This document shows, one piece after another, positions 35,633-48,829 of a DNA stretch of 64,000 nucleotides (position 1 is the first letter of the stretch; every line of letters starts with the position of its first letter). Below the pieces are notes generated by a model. That model ran no database searches. It saw only the letters and a program-made list of their open reading frames with translations, and was not told the origin of the DNA. Made by a program: the position numbers and the translations under genes. The stretch comes from Paraphysomonas bandaiensis (lineage: Eukaryota > Protista > Chrysophyceae): NCBI GenBank assembly GCA_965644295.1, contig CBFFRP010000107.1, positions 1-64,000 on the forward strand, read 5' to 3'.

Positions 35633-38600
35633 GGGAAATATTATTCAACCTAGTCAAATTGGTTGAATTACCTAGTCACGCTATTTTTGGTGGAATAACC
35701 TAGTCAAAGTAATAAATGACTCAACCTAGTCAACTTTGGTATTCAACCTAGTCGTTCTTATATCCATTGATTACACACTGTGACTGTCTAAGATACCATC
35801 TCACACCACACAATATATTAGTGGCTTACAGAGCATCAAAACAAACACTCAAACATTACAATAAGCTCATATATACATATCTACATAACACAGATGTACG
35901 TGTATGTCTATCTAGCCTATCTGTAGCATGTATGCATATAGCGATGGTCCCTGTGAGTGTTATGGGGAGGAGGGTCCATGAAGCTGTGGGCATAACTCAC
36001 TCTATGATCCGCAGGACATCTTGAGATCTTCATATGCTGGGAGTGATGGCGCTCATCTTCCTTCACTTCAGCACTGAATGAATGACTTCGATTGCTGCAT
36101 TGGCTTTCAGGGGTGCATAAATCCCTATTTTTAGTCCAACGGAAAAAAAAGGAGGTTTTCAGAAAACAAACTTCTAAAAGCAGCATCATTGAAGTGGACT
36201 GTAGAGCAGCATCAGAACATCAGCATCATGAGTGTGTCATCAGTCTTACAGCATCATGAGTGTGTCATCAGTCTTACAGCATCATGAGTGTGTCATCAGT
36301 CTTACAGCATCATGAGTGTGTCATCAGTCTTACAGTATCATGAGTGTGTCATCAGTCTTACAGTATCATGAGTGTGTCATCAGTCTTACAGCATCATGAG
36401 TGTGTCATCAGTCTTACAGTATCATGAGTGTGTCATCAGTCTTACAGTATCATGAGTGTGTCATCAGTCTTACAGCATCATGAGTGTGTCATCAGTCTTA
36501 CAGTATCATGAGTGTGTCATCAGTCTTACAGCATCATGAGTGTGTCATCAGTCTTACAGTATCATGAGTGTGTCATCAGTCTTACAGCATCATGAGTGTG
36601 TCATCAGTCTTACAGCATCATGAGTGTGTCATCAGTCTTACAGCATCATGAGTGTGTCATCAGTCTTACAGTATCATGAGTGTGTCATCAGTCTTACAGT
36701 ATCATGAGTGTGTCATCAGTCTTACAGCATCATGAGTGTGTCATCAGTCTTACAGTATCATGAGTGTGTCATCAGTCTTACAGCATCATGAGTGTGTCAT
36801 CAGTCTTACAGTATCATGAGTGTGTCATCAGTCTTACAGTATCATGAGTGTGTCATCAGTCTTACAGTATCATGAGTGTGTCATCAGCCTTACAGTATCA
36901 TGAGTGTGTCATCCGTCTTACAGTATCATGAGTGTGTCATCAGTCTTACAGTATCATGAGTGTGTCATCAGTCTTACAGCATCATGAGTGTGTCATCAGT
37001 CTTACAGCATCATGAGTGTGTCATCAGTCTTACAGCATCATGAGTGTGTCATCAGTCTTACAGCATCATGAGTGTGTCATCAGTCTTACAGTATCATGAG
37101 TGTGTCATCAGTCTTACAGCATCATGAGTGTGTCATCAGTCTTACAGCATCATGAGTGTGTCATCAGTCTTACAGTATCATGAGTGTGTCATCAGTCTTA
37201 CAGCATCATGAGTGTGTCATCAGTCTTACAGTATCATGAGTGTGTCATCAGTCTTACAGTATCATGAGTGTGTCATCAGTCTTACAGTATCATGAGTGTG
37301 TCATCAGTCTTACAGTATCATGAGTGTGTCATCCGTCTTACTGTATCATGAGTGTGTCATCAGTCTTACAGTATCATGAGTGTGTCATCAGTCTTACAGC
37401 ATCATGAGTGTGTCATCAGTCTTACAGTATCATGAGTGTGTCATCAGTCTTACAGCATCATGAGTGTGTCATCAGTCTTACAGCATCATGAGTGTGTCAT
37501 CAGTCTTACAGTATCATGAGTGTGTCATCAGTCTTACAGCATCATGAGTGTGTCATCAGTCTTACAGCATCATGAGTGTGTCATCAGTCTTACAGCATCA
37601 TGAGTGTGTCATCAGTCTTACAGTATCATGAGTGTGTCATCAGTCTTACAGTATCATGAGTGTGTCATCAGTCTTACAGCATCATGAGTGTGTCATCAGT
37701 CTTACAGTATCATGAGTGTGTCATCAGTCTTACAGCATCATGAGTGTGTCATCAGTCTTACAGTATCATGAGTGTGTCATCAGTCTTACAGTATCATGAG
37801 TGTGTCATCAGTCTTACAGTATCATGAGTGTGTCATCAGTCTTACAGTATCATGAGTGTGTCATCCGTCTTACAGTATCATGAGTGTGTCATCAGTCTTA
37901 CAGTATCATGAGTGTGTCATCAGTCTTACAGCATCATGAGTGTGTCATCAGTCTTACAGCATCATGAGTGTGTCATCAGTCTTACAGCATCATGAGTGTG
38001 TCATCAGTCTTACAGCATCATGAGTGTGTCATCAGTCTTACAGTATCATGAGTGTGTCATCAGTCTTACAGCATCATGAGTGTGTCATCAGTCTTACAGC
38101 ATCATGAGTGTGTCATCAGTCTTACAGTATCATGAGTGTGTCATCAGTCTTACAGCATCATGAGTGTGTCATCAGTCTTACAGTATCATGAGTGTGTCAT
38201 CAGTCTTACAGTATCATGAGTGTGTCATCAGTCTTACAGTATCATGAGTGTGTCATCCGTCTTACTGTATCATGAGTGTGTCATCAGTCTTACAGTATCA
38301 TGAGTGTGTCATCAGTCTTACAGCATCATGAGTGTGTCATCAGTCTTACAGCATCATGAGTGTGTCATCAGTCTTACAGTATCATGAGTGTGTCATCAGT
38401 CTCACTGTATTAAAGGTACCACAGCATATATATGCTGTAAGGGAGGAAGCTTACAAAATCAAGAGCGAAACCTATATTATTATCGTTCTTGTCTACAACT
38501 GCCCGCGCTGTGGGTACTAGCAGCTATTGATCCTACCTCTAGTGAGGTATGTGCAATAGATATGTACTCTGCATTTATATATTACAATATATTTTGCGTT

Positions 38601-39194
38601 CTTGTGACTGTTAATCATTGTATGACACAATACTTTTTACAATCTTGTGAGTGCTAATCATTGTATGACAGACATCACAGTATAATATTATGTATGTTGT
38701 ACGGGAGATCCCTTAATAATCAAGTGCAAACCCAATATCGCTTGTGAGGTATGTAAAATACATTTATAACTCTCTACATATCTTAATTATGTGCTCAGGG
38801 AACATTGATGTGAAGCACATGTTGATCTCCATCAAGACTCACAATGCAGCGAGGTCCCTCATCAACGGTGAACCCACCGATGTCATGGCCCTTGGGAAGC
38901 TATGGAATTGCACCGGACATGGTCACCAATTTCTCATTGGAATGCAACGTTATAATGTTATGTATTGCATGTATACAATATCTACATTTATCAATTGATG
39001 GATAGAGTATGCTCCCATGTTTGAATGAAAATTTTTATTTTTGACTAGGTGAATACCATAAAACCTAGTCATTGTAAACTGAAAATATGAATTATTAAAT
39101 GACTAGGTTTTTCAACCGCTTGACTAGGTTTTTACACCAATTTTGGTGTGACTAGGAAATTACACCAATTTGACTAGGTTCAATAATAGATCCC
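35633..39194. mobile_element. Non-autonomous Mutator-like (MULE) element, 3562 bp
   Basis: ~60-bp imperfect TIRs GGGA(AA/TC)TATTATT(C/G)AACCTAGTCAAATTGGT. 9-bp TSD ATGATACGA (35624-35632 and 39195-39203). Multiple subterminal ACCTAGTCA motifs. Confidence 0.85.
36221..38402. repeat. 28-bp minisatellite, 78 units, CAG(C/T)ATCATGAGTGTGTCATCAGTCTTA
   Basis: Counted unit by unit. One dimorphic position plus rare variants. Confidence 0.97.
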
Positions 39195-39943
39195 ATGATA
39201 CGAAGGATTATCCGAATCTACCATTTTTCCCACAACAATGTCGAACATGCTCTTTTCGTGGTGTTCTGGGGGATAAGTACCGGAAACTAACAATAAACAA
39301 TATATAGTATACAGTCAGCAGATGTTGTTCTGTCCACTCATAGCCAAATGCTTGTGTGGAGATACTATATCTCTAATATTCTTAATTCTTTTTTTTTGCA
39401 TATACCAAGTACCAGTAAATGCCATTACCATTAACGGTTACCACGCCCTGTAACATAATACTCAACTTCTCACTTCATTTATTAAAGTTTGCTACATTTA
39501 TATTCTCTCTACTTTCTACTCACATTCAATATTATCAGATCTTACACCATGCACGATCTCATACAGTAAAAGTATTCTAGTTTTTCTAATTAATTCTTCA
39601 TGTACTACAATTTTCAACTTCTATATTTTTAAACTAACGATCATACTTCTAATACTTTAACGTACAGCTTTTATGTGTTAACAACCCCATTCCAACAGTG
39701 TGACCATAGTGTAGGCTCGGTGGTACACCCATAAACACCACGAATTTGCACTGACTCTAGGCAGTCATCCACCCTCCCACACGTTCATCTTGGCTGACCA
39801 CATAGATCGCGCAGATTCTGTAAAGCAAAGCTCAACATTGGTGGTTGCCTATCCATCAGTTATGACTCGTGGTCTGAAGATTCTATCTACAGCTTTGAAT
39901 TGAGAGGGAGGATACGATCCCCTACTCAAATATATCAAGCACT

Positions 39944-40900
39944 CTACAACATCCAGTGCTCCAGGTCACAGGGTATTTTACGCATGACATGCTCGAAACT
40001 AGGGTATTTCGATTTTTTAAAATAAGTCATAATTTCTTCGTAATTCGACACAAACGTTGATATGTCATCTGAATGCACTTTCCTATACTCTTGATGCTGG
40101 GAGACTAAGAGCAGCTTGTCGTAGATGCCTTTGGCCAGAGCTTCCATAATAGCCTGAGTATTGACCCCTCCGGTAGTTTCCATGTAGAGTCGTGCTATAA
40201 AACTATACGGATCATTCAAGTAGTCCTCATAAGTTATAATTCCGAATTTTTTGCATGACTTTCTCTTTGAGATGCATTGTTTAAGGAAATCGGCTTGACT
40301 AATCCAGTGACGGACAGTTAAATCAGCACCTTTTCCCACATCAGCAATAGGAAAATGACGTTTTACAATGGATATATTATGTGTACTGAATTGAGGATGC
40401 GGTTCACCATAAAATACACTCTCAGACGGAGACATGGACAGAGATTTTTTGACTATGTTAGTTCTCGCCAACAAAATCAACTTAAAGTCTCTCTTTATAA
40501 AATCCAATACGTATTGCTCTGATCGGATTAGTGCTATCACAACGCTTGAAATGCCGGCATCAGCACAAATCTTATAGCGTGGCAGTATTTCATCACCATC
40601 TATGCCGCGTGGACCAAAGAGATTAGCTCCTGCTGTATAAAGTTCTCGTATGCGGGGACCGCTGGGTGAAAAATACGACTGACGGGCAGATTCAGTCCAG
40701 TTATGAGGAAATCTGGTGTCTAAGAGCTCGCTGATCGTAAACACACATGGCATCTTGGTCATTAAGTCGACGAATATTGCATGCGAGCCCTCATGTGCTG
40801 TGTGTAAGATGGGAAGAGCAATAGTGCGATCCGTTGAATGAGACCATACTGCGCACACTGATAACACCAACAAAACCAGCAACATATATACACATCCCAT
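39944..40900 (-). CDS. Secreted/type II sulfotransferase-like protein
   Basis: Signal peptide; HTAHEGS (PSB-like), LILLARTNIVKKSLS, ITYEDYLNDP, VSNYEEI. Confidence 0.55.
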   Translation of the reverse strand: MGCVYMLLVLLVLSVCAVWSHSTDRTIALPILHTAHEGSHAIFVDLMTKMPCVFTISELLDTRFPHNWTESARQSYFSPSGPRIRELYTAGANLFGPRGIDGDEILPRYKICADAGISSVVIALIRSEQYVLDFIKRDFKLILLARTNIVKKSLSMSPSESVFYGEPHPQFSTHNISIVKRHFPIADVGKGADLTVRHWISQADFLKQCISKRKSCKKFGIITYEDYLNDPYSFIARLYMETTGGVNTQAIMEALAKGIYDKLLLVSQHQEYRKVHSDDISTFVSNYEEIMTYFKKSKYPSFEHVMRKIPCDLEHWML

Positions 40901-41247
40901 ACTCTAACCTATTCCGTCGACAAATGCCGATTCATTGTCATGCAAACATAATCCAACCATCCAACCAACCATGCCATGCATCCAAACGCAATGTACATCC
41001 ACTCTACTGTGTACATACATACATGCATACAGTAGTACATACTATACAAACTTTTCATACCAGTTCGTGTATAGAGATGTACAGAGTAGGTATGTAATTG
41101 TATGTACAGTATGTATCAGATCGTATACTGCTGTACTCTGTACAGAGATACCATACGACTAGATCTGTCATAGCAGTGTGTATAGTAACACTATAACACT
41201 CCTATCACAATCAATATTCCGACATTACAACTCTATGATTAAGTAGA

Positions 41248-43577
41248 ATGTTTATCTCTATAGTTCTATTCAATGCTTTTATTTTAGTGTGTGTGGAAGG
41301 GTCTAGATATAAGAATCACGAGCGCATTACTATAGTAGCTAATACAGTGGGCCCTTTCAACAATCCCACAGAAACATACCCTGTACGTAGAATATTATAA
41401 ATGGAATTTATTAATTACTGTATTATAGTACTATTCTTTGCCGTATTGTCGTCGAACAGGAAAGCAGCGTCGTCATAAACAGGACTTAGGGGAGACCTTA
41501 GCAGGGTCTCGTAAGATTGCAACTCCTTATGATTTGACCTTTATGGACCCAGTGCCTTGGAGATCTCTTTGTGAAGAGTATATGGATGTGGAGGATGTAT
41601 GTTTTATGTTATTTGTAAAGATGGTTTCTGATATATGTACTTCAGCTGAAAGAATTCAAAGATGCTATTGAAGATGACTATTTCTTTGAAATGTTTGTGG
41701 ATGACCTCCCAATGTGGGGATACGTGGGTGAAGTCGCACACGAGGAGTTCCTTCTGGGAAAGTCTATCCAGGGTGCACGGGTGTATCTTTACCCTCATCT
41801 TCACTTCAGTATAGGATTCAACAACGATCAAATTGTATCAGCGAATGTCACGACAGATCCTAAGCGTCGTGTGGATATTACAGATGTAGTATCTGGACAA
41901 GAGGTAAAATCCTTCTCGTATATGATATATTAAATATTGGCTATGCGATACTTTAGATATGTCCCACATACTGTCTTTAACTTCACCGTTTTCAGATTGT
42001 GTTTTCGTACTCTGTTGAGTGGAGACATCAGCCGGATATTGACTATGACGACCGCATGAAACGGTATGAAGGGTCTGCCTTTCTTCCCTCTACCTTCGAA
42101 ATCCACTGGCTCTCAATGTTTAATTCTATGGTGCTCGTTCTTCTACTGACGACTTTCTTGGCCATTATTCTGATGCGTATATTAAAGAAAGATTTTTCTA
42201 GATATATGGAAGTCGATGAGGTATTTTACGTGTTGTGGATGCATGATAGACGAATGCTAGATAACTAGTATTTATGTTTTGCTGCATAAAAATTAGTATA
42301 GATTATATTTTTTATGCATTTAAAGTATTTCTAACACGGAAAGGATGAGATTGCTGAAGAGGAAACGGGTTGGAAGATGATCAACGGTGATGTTTTCCGT
42401 CCTCCACAACACCTATCTCTTTTTACCGCATGTGTTGGAACTGGGGCACAGATATTCACAACCACCGTTATTCTCCTGTCGTTTGTACTACTGGAGGTTT
42501 TCAAGGCTACTCGTCGTGGGGCTCTTCTAACATCAGCGATCATCATATATGCCTTATGTGGAGTGGTTGGGGGATTCGTTTCAAGTCGACTCTACAAGCA
42601 GCTCAGAGGTACAAATTGGGTATGGAATGTAATCACGACTGCGGTGGTGTTCCCACTTCCTCTTGCGGCTGTGTTTTGTTGGGTTAATGGAGTAGCGTGG
42701 ATGGAACATTCTACAGCTGCCCTCCCAATTACAACTATATTGGTAAGTTTCACCCTGACAAGTAAACAACAGTGCGTCGTTTATCAGTTATTCTTACCCT
42801 GCAACTTTAATATATACTGACTTATTTCATCTTTAGTTAATGCTGTCCATTGTCGTTTTCGTGCACTTTCCGCTTACTGTCGCTGGGGCAATAGCCGGAC
42901 GTCATTTAACAGCAGAATTCAAAGCACCATGCAGGTACTCATAGAGAATAACATTACAAATATTTGTATTTCGAAGTTATCCGATACCATTGTTCTTTTT
43001 GCGCTATTGTTGTGTTTTATCTATTCCATGTAGCCTAGAAGTTTTACTTGATTCTAGTGTTTATAAATGTAACTTCTGCGTCGTGTAAAGGACAAATAAG
43101 GTTCCCCGTGAGATACCCAAACAAACCACTTGGTACCGTCATCCCTTTGCACAACTCTTTATGGCGGGGTTTCTTCCATTTTCGGCTATATACATTGAAC
43201 TTCATTACATATTCGCTGCCATCTGGGGACATAAGATATACTCCCTTTTCGGGATTTTGTTTCTGGCTTTTGTTATGCTGACCTTGGTGGCATCTTTCAT
43301 AACAATTGCGTTACTCTACTTTCAACTGGTGCGTGAAGATCATAGGTGGTGGTGGAGGTCCTTTGCGAATGGTGGCGCCACTGGGCTGCTTATTTACTGC
43401 TACTCGTTCTTTTACTTCTTCCATCGCTCCAAGATGGACGGATTTCTTCAGGAATCCTTTTATTTTGGGTACATGGGAGTAGTATCCTACGCTTTCTTTT
43501 TGATGCTTGGGTTTGTTGGTTTCATGTCGTCGTTCTCATTCGTGAATTACATCTATGGGGCAGTTAAAAGTGACTGA
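41248..43577 (+). CDS. Nonaspanin TM9SF/EMP70 protein (TM9SF1-like), multi-exon
   Basis: NTVGPFNNPTETY, FVDDLPMWG, EIHWLSMFNS, ETGWKMINGDVFRPP, GFLPFSAIYIEL, EDHRWWW, IYGAVKSD. Confidence 0.93.
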
Positions 43578-44614
43578 GCATAGCGGCAAGTCTATAGATA
43601 GCTAGTACCGAGTATGTAAGTGATGATGGTAATAGAGTATGCATTGTTTAGTGGTGCGTTGTCGTTAAGTGCAATTGAATAAAGTAATTTAAGTTTATCC
43701 GTTGTCTAGAATTTACAGATTGGTTTTCGCTCTTTGCTTAAGTATTGGATCTAATATGCTATAACGACTTTGGTTCTGTAATCTACATCTCTACACCACT
43801 TACTAAGAAATCTCTTTGACGTGTTAATTGTATATCGTATATTACCAGGTGTCTGTTTGCTTCATGTTCACATGGAATGTAGAACCACTCCGCTATCATC
43901 CTTTAAGAATTTAAGCACTCGATTCCCCTAGCATTTTAGTACAACGATATTGAAGAGTGCACAGTATGGTGTGCTGAATCCATATTGAAAAATGAAATTT
44001 CGGGTTTACTTTCTTGAGGTGCTTTAAGTCGGAAAGAGTCATCAGTTAGATATTAATACTCCTTTATATTCATCTAATACTTTAAGCGTATTAATAGACG
44101 AACTCTTGGTTCACATGCAACAGGCTTACAGATTATAACATGAGTAGCACTGGACGCTATCAGCCAAACACTGTTTTCTATTTCCATACACTCTTGACAT
44201 ATTGAACATGGCGTAGCTAATGAACACTGACCCTTCTTCAATCAGTAAAGATATCTCGCTATGGGCAGGGGACGCTGCTGCTGTATACATGCATATATCC
44301 AGACATCTCCATATGTGCGTGATGTCGTGTTTTTGGTTGGAGTAAAACAACACTCTTCCAATTAACGAGCCGTATTACCTAACGATTGGTTAGCATTATA
44401 TGGTGTGAGTACAGCAGTGTGTACTACTATTGCCACTGTACTTCTTCGTGTACTGCTGTACTGTACTGCGTTGTACTGCTGTACTATGCTATTGTACACT
44501 ACACTGCTGTCCTGCCATGTATGTACTGCTGGACGGTGTCCAAGCACACTGCTTGCAGCACTGCATGTTCCCAAAGATAATGCACACCTCCGTGTCGTTG
44601 CAACAAGGATTCTT

Positions 44615-45568
44615 ATGCTCACATATTTATCTTCTCGACGACTGGCTTGTCACAGTAAACTTTCATCTCCAAGGTTGCTGTTCTCAACATGCGAGAGTTT
44701 GAATGTCAAATCTCAACTCCTTCAAGATACAGACGTGTTTATATTTGATTGCGATGGAGTCATATGGCGTGGCAATGAAGCTATCAGTGGGGCAACAGAT
44801 GTTATAACAAAATTAAGAAATTTAGGGAAAAAGGTGTATTTTATAACTAATAATTCCACAAAGTCGAGAAGAGCATTGCAACAAAAATTTTCTCGCTTAG
44901 GATTTGAAGTTACTTATGACGAAGTTCTGTCGTCAAGCTATGCTGCAGCTACTTATCTGAAGCAGCACGGAATGGATGGTGAGAATGGTGGAAAGGCGTA
45001 TGTTCTAGGAGAAGAAGGTATATGCGAAGAACTTGCCTTGCAAGGAATACCATACTTGGGAGGGCCACAAGACAGCAACAAGATCATTGACATCGAGAAA
45101 GATGTGCATGTTGATATCGACGTTAAAGCCGTGGTTGCAGGATTGGATCGAGGTATCAACTACTATAAACTACAGTACGCACAAATTTGCTTAAGTAATC
45201 CAGAAGTATTGTTCATCGCGACGAATGAGGACGCAAGAGCTCATCTAACTCCAACTCAGCAATGGGCAGGCGGTGGTGCAATTGTTGGGGCACTAAAAGG
45301 CTGTTCTGGCAGAAACCCTCTAGTTGTCGGAAAACCGTCTGATTTTCTTATAAGAGATGTTATTAGTCGTAGTGGATCGAATCCGCAGAGAATGTGTATG
45401 GTTGGCGATCGTCTCGACACCGATATCCTATTTGGTTTGAATAACGGCTTACAGACATTATTGGTACTGAGTGGAGTTACGACGGAGGATTATCTTCACA
45501 GATCTAGTGCTATATCGAAACCGAGATACTATTCTGAGAGCATTGCTGATTTACTTCGCTTAGTGTAA
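44615..45568 (+). CDS. Phosphoglycolate phosphatase (HAD IIA) with probable transit peptide
   Basis: FDCDGVIW, TNNSTKSR, FIATN.D, VGKPS, MVGDRLDTDILFG, LVLSGVT. Confidence 0.9.
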   Translation: MLTYLSSRRLACHSKLSSPRLLFSTCESLNVKSQLLQDTDVFIFDCDGVIWRGNEAISGATDVITKLRNLGKKVYFITNNSTKSRRALQQKFSRLGFEVTYDEVLSSSYAAATYLKQHGMDGENGGKAYVLGEEGICEELALQGIPYLGGPQDSNKIIDIEKDVHVDIDVKAVVAGLDRGINYYKLQYAQICLSNPEVLFIATNEDARAHLTPTQQWAGGGAIVGALKGCSGRNPLVVGKPSDFLIRDVISRSGSNPQRMCMVGDRLDTDILFGLNNGLQTLLVLSGVTTEDYLHRSSAISKPRYYSESIADLLRLV

Positions 45569-45802
45569 GAAATCATGCACTATATCCTACTGTGGACTGG
45601 CTTCATGTAGATAGTTAGGAGGGGATAGGCAGTGTATAGTGCACTGTAGATACCAATTAAAGAACCGTAAAAAATTATTGCTCACGTAAAAATGCTAATG
45701 TATATTAATTTCTACTTTTGCCTTGAACAAGCCCGATAAAACAATTTGTGTAATGTTTACAGAAAGTATAACTGCTTCTACAGAATCAAGTATGAATTTT
45801 CC

Positions 45803-46017
45803 GGTGACATATTTCAACCTACTAAATTATGCAGATGTTTTTACTAAACTAAAAACGACAGTTGCGCCGTATTGAAACTTAGTAGAATCGATAAAACTTT
45901 AGTAGGCTCGACTGACATTTTAAATATAATAGGAACGTCCGCAATTAGTAGGAAGAAATGGCACTTTTTAGTTTAGTAGGAAAGTCAGATAAATTTAGTA
46001 GGGACAAATATATTTCT
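45803..46017. mobile_element. Degenerate MITE-like element
   Basis: Imperfect inverted arms CCTACTAAATT...TACTAAACTAAAAA versus TTTTTAGTTTAGTAGG...AATTTAGTAGG. No clear TSD. Confidence 0.5.
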
Positions 46018-46406
46018 GCATCATGTTCTAGAGGTATATAAAATACGAATGTACCAGTATATTTTCTAGCACAGCGTTGGAAGTATTCAATGAAGGCTTC
46101 GTAGAAATTGTATTGTAACGGATATATATTGTGGAGATCTCGTTATTGATTATTTTATACTAATACAAAATGCAGTGATAGTAACCAATGCCGCTGAGGA
46201 TGTTAAGTAAATGAACACACACAAAATGCTACGGATTCACGAATATTTAAAATATAAATTCCTTTATTGAATAGTTACCACTAAGGAGACAGCGCTACAT
46301 GAACCGTTGGTAGTGGTAATGCCGCAGTCAATCGGCATCATATACTATCTATAAACAATAACGACCAAGTCTGCTCTCATTGAACAGAGAAATAGTTTTT
46401 ATCCCT

Positions 46407-47126
46407 TCACCCTCTGAGGCCCATGAGAAGCCCCGCCGCAAACCCACCACCAGTAGGCATGTTGTATGAAAGAACGCCGCTCAGCTACAGGTAACCATGT
46501 AAATACACGGGATATTAAACTGCAACTACATACCTTCGAATAAACCGCTTTAAAATCAAGGGAATCTATCTGGCCGTCCTTGTTAATGTCAAGTAATTCC
46601 TGTTGCAGGCGAATAACTTCATTAGATGGACATTGATCATAAACATGCTCTCGAATACCTCAATATCTTTCTTGATTTGAATGTGGTTAACTTTGAGATA
46701 GCCGTTATAGGCTAGCCCTTGAACAACCATAAATATTCCACCCATAATGAAGGCCAAGGTTCGAGATACCTACGACGAAATTACAATTTATTCTTTATTC
46801 AAGCGACGATGTACCCGTTTTAGACAAAATCCAGATGAATATCCTGCTAAGAAGCCGTATCCTACCTTTGCAGGAATACCGTGATCAACAACGTCAAAAG
46901 TCTGCTTGCTCAGAGTCTCAAAATCGAAAGAGGAGTTAGGAATGTATTTTTTAAAGTCATCAGATCTGGAGTCATCTATAGCGCGTTTACTATTTTCTGC
47001 CAGCTTTTTTAGCCATTCAATTGGACGATCACTATTTCCATCATCATTGAAGCTGTGCGTGCCTTGAACAGACAGTAGTAACACTGCAATAAAAGTCTTT
47101 GAACTCAGGCGAGATACACGAAGCAT
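46407..47126 (-). CDS. FUN14-domain membrane protein (multi-exon)
   Basis: GYGFLAGYSSGFCLKR, AFIMGGIFMVVQGLAYNGY, final exon NMPTGGGFAAGLLMGLRG. Confidence 0.85.
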
Positions 47127-47711
47127 GTAGCTCTATATATTATATCCAACACTTTCGTGGTGTGATTTCAATATCAAATATGCAGTTGGATAGTAGAATG
47201 TAGAGGATTATTCAATTATTGTTATTGAATAGTCCAATCTTGTCCCTCTTGCTATGCTTGAGTTTAATCACACTGTCTCGCTCAGTGTTCCTCCTGCTAA
47301 CATCAACGTCTCTTATATTCAACATTATCAATACAGAAAATGTGTAGCCCGTACAATGTATTGAAGCAATATGAAAACCGGAATACGTAGCCTGTTAATA
47401 TGTGATACGTGAACGTGTAGCCCGTATAGTATATGGGCCAGAGGGTAGGGAACATCTCACCTCTGAAGGGAAAAGAATACCATCCCCCGTATACCGTACA
47501 CCGTATACCGTATACACAGTCTCCCACTACAGTTGCACACTACAGTTGAAAAACAAGCCAAGTGAAGGTTACACATCCACAGCAGCATACAGCAGCATAC
47601 AGCAGCACCATATACATATCTGCATACACGAGCAACGTGGTCATCGTTCCATACACTCCGCATAGTTAGACCACAGCTTTAGTTCAATTTGGCGGGGATT
47701 ATTTAATAAAT

Positions 47712-48410
47712 ATGGGCTGTGGTTCTTCTACCGAAGCCCCAACCGGCTCAACAGCGACTAGGTCTGCACCTAATAGGATTGAAGTGGCTCAACAAAAACA
47801 AGAACCTGACACTGGTGTACCCCCTCCAGACAGGAAGCCTAGCTCTGCTATAAAAACTTCTGACTCAACAGATATGAATTGGAAACAAATTCATAGCGCT
47901 ATTCGTTGGAATAAACCCACTGAAGAGGTCAGAGCAATGTTGACTAAAGAGCTGGCAAACTCGAAAGACACTGGCAATGGAAATTTCCCACTACATATTG
48001 CGTCTCAGAATGGTCATTTGAATCTTGTTGAATTATTGATCGAATGTGGTGCTGATATAAACTGCCAAAATTTTAAGGGCAACACGCCGTTGCATATGGC
48101 TTTAAGTTACGACTACATAGATGTTGCAGAATTCCTCATTTCTGCAGGAGTGGATATGGATTTGAAAAATGAATCTGATATTCCTGCACGCAAAGGTCTA
48201 GAAGGAGACAAATGTTTGGCGGCTGTGTACTTGGCAGCGGCAAAGAATACTGATGATGCTGTAAAAGCATTACAAAAATGCCTGAAATCCATCGAAGATC
48301 TCGACAAAGCCACTTTTGCTGCCACCGGACTTCGCGTAAAGAAAAGCATTGGGGGAGAATGGACTGATGAAGTAAACACGTTGTTTAAGGAAGTACTGGG
48401 GAAAATATAG
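47712..48410 (+). CDS. Ankyrin-repeat protein with MGCGSS acylation motif
   Basis: GNFPLHIASQNGH, GNTPLHMA. Confidence 0.88.
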   Translation: MGCGSSTEAPTGSTATRSAPNRIEVAQQKQEPDTGVPPPDRKPSSAIKTSDSTDMNWKQIHSAIRWNKPTEEVRAMLTKELANSKDTGNGNFPLHIASQNGHLNLVELLIECGADINCQNFKGNTPLHMALSYDYIDVAEFLISAGVDMDLKNESDIPARKGLEGDKCLAAVYLAAAKNTDDAVKALQKCLKSIEDLDKATFAATGLRVKKSIGGEWTDEVNTLFKEVLGKI

Positions 48411-48829
48411 ATTGATGGGATGCCCGTAGACGGGCTATGGTGAGCAGCTAGTCCAATAGGAGTTGTCGTTTCTTGTGCTGCGGGCTCTTTGGTGTTACGT
48501 TACTTAGTTTCGACATCGCATCTTTATTTTATTTCGAAACTATGCTATTTTACGTGAGCTGTACTGGTTATGAGTATTGATAGTGTTCGCATAACCTTGA
48601 ATTAACCATAGTACGCTTCTTGAAGTGCGAAGTATAATTAATGAATAATGATTTCGGTGACTGTATATTGTAAATGTCGTAGCGACGCTTAGTTGTCATT
48701 CGGTTCCTCCAGTGGAAAAATAATAATACAGAGGGGGTTTATGTACTCGATCTATTCATCATGTATATATCTGTTTACTCTCCTACATGCTGTGTGAGTA
48801 TGCAAAACTCAAGTTTTGAAGCCTAATAT

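Noticed and set aside
36221-38402. CRISPR array (28-bp repeat)
   Set aside because: Units are directly adjacent with no spacers, there are no cas genes, and the context is eukaryotic.
36221-38402. Box C/D-like TGATGA and CTGA in the reverse strand of the 28-mer
   Set aside because: The motifs overlap and there is no guide region or terminal stem; probably chance.
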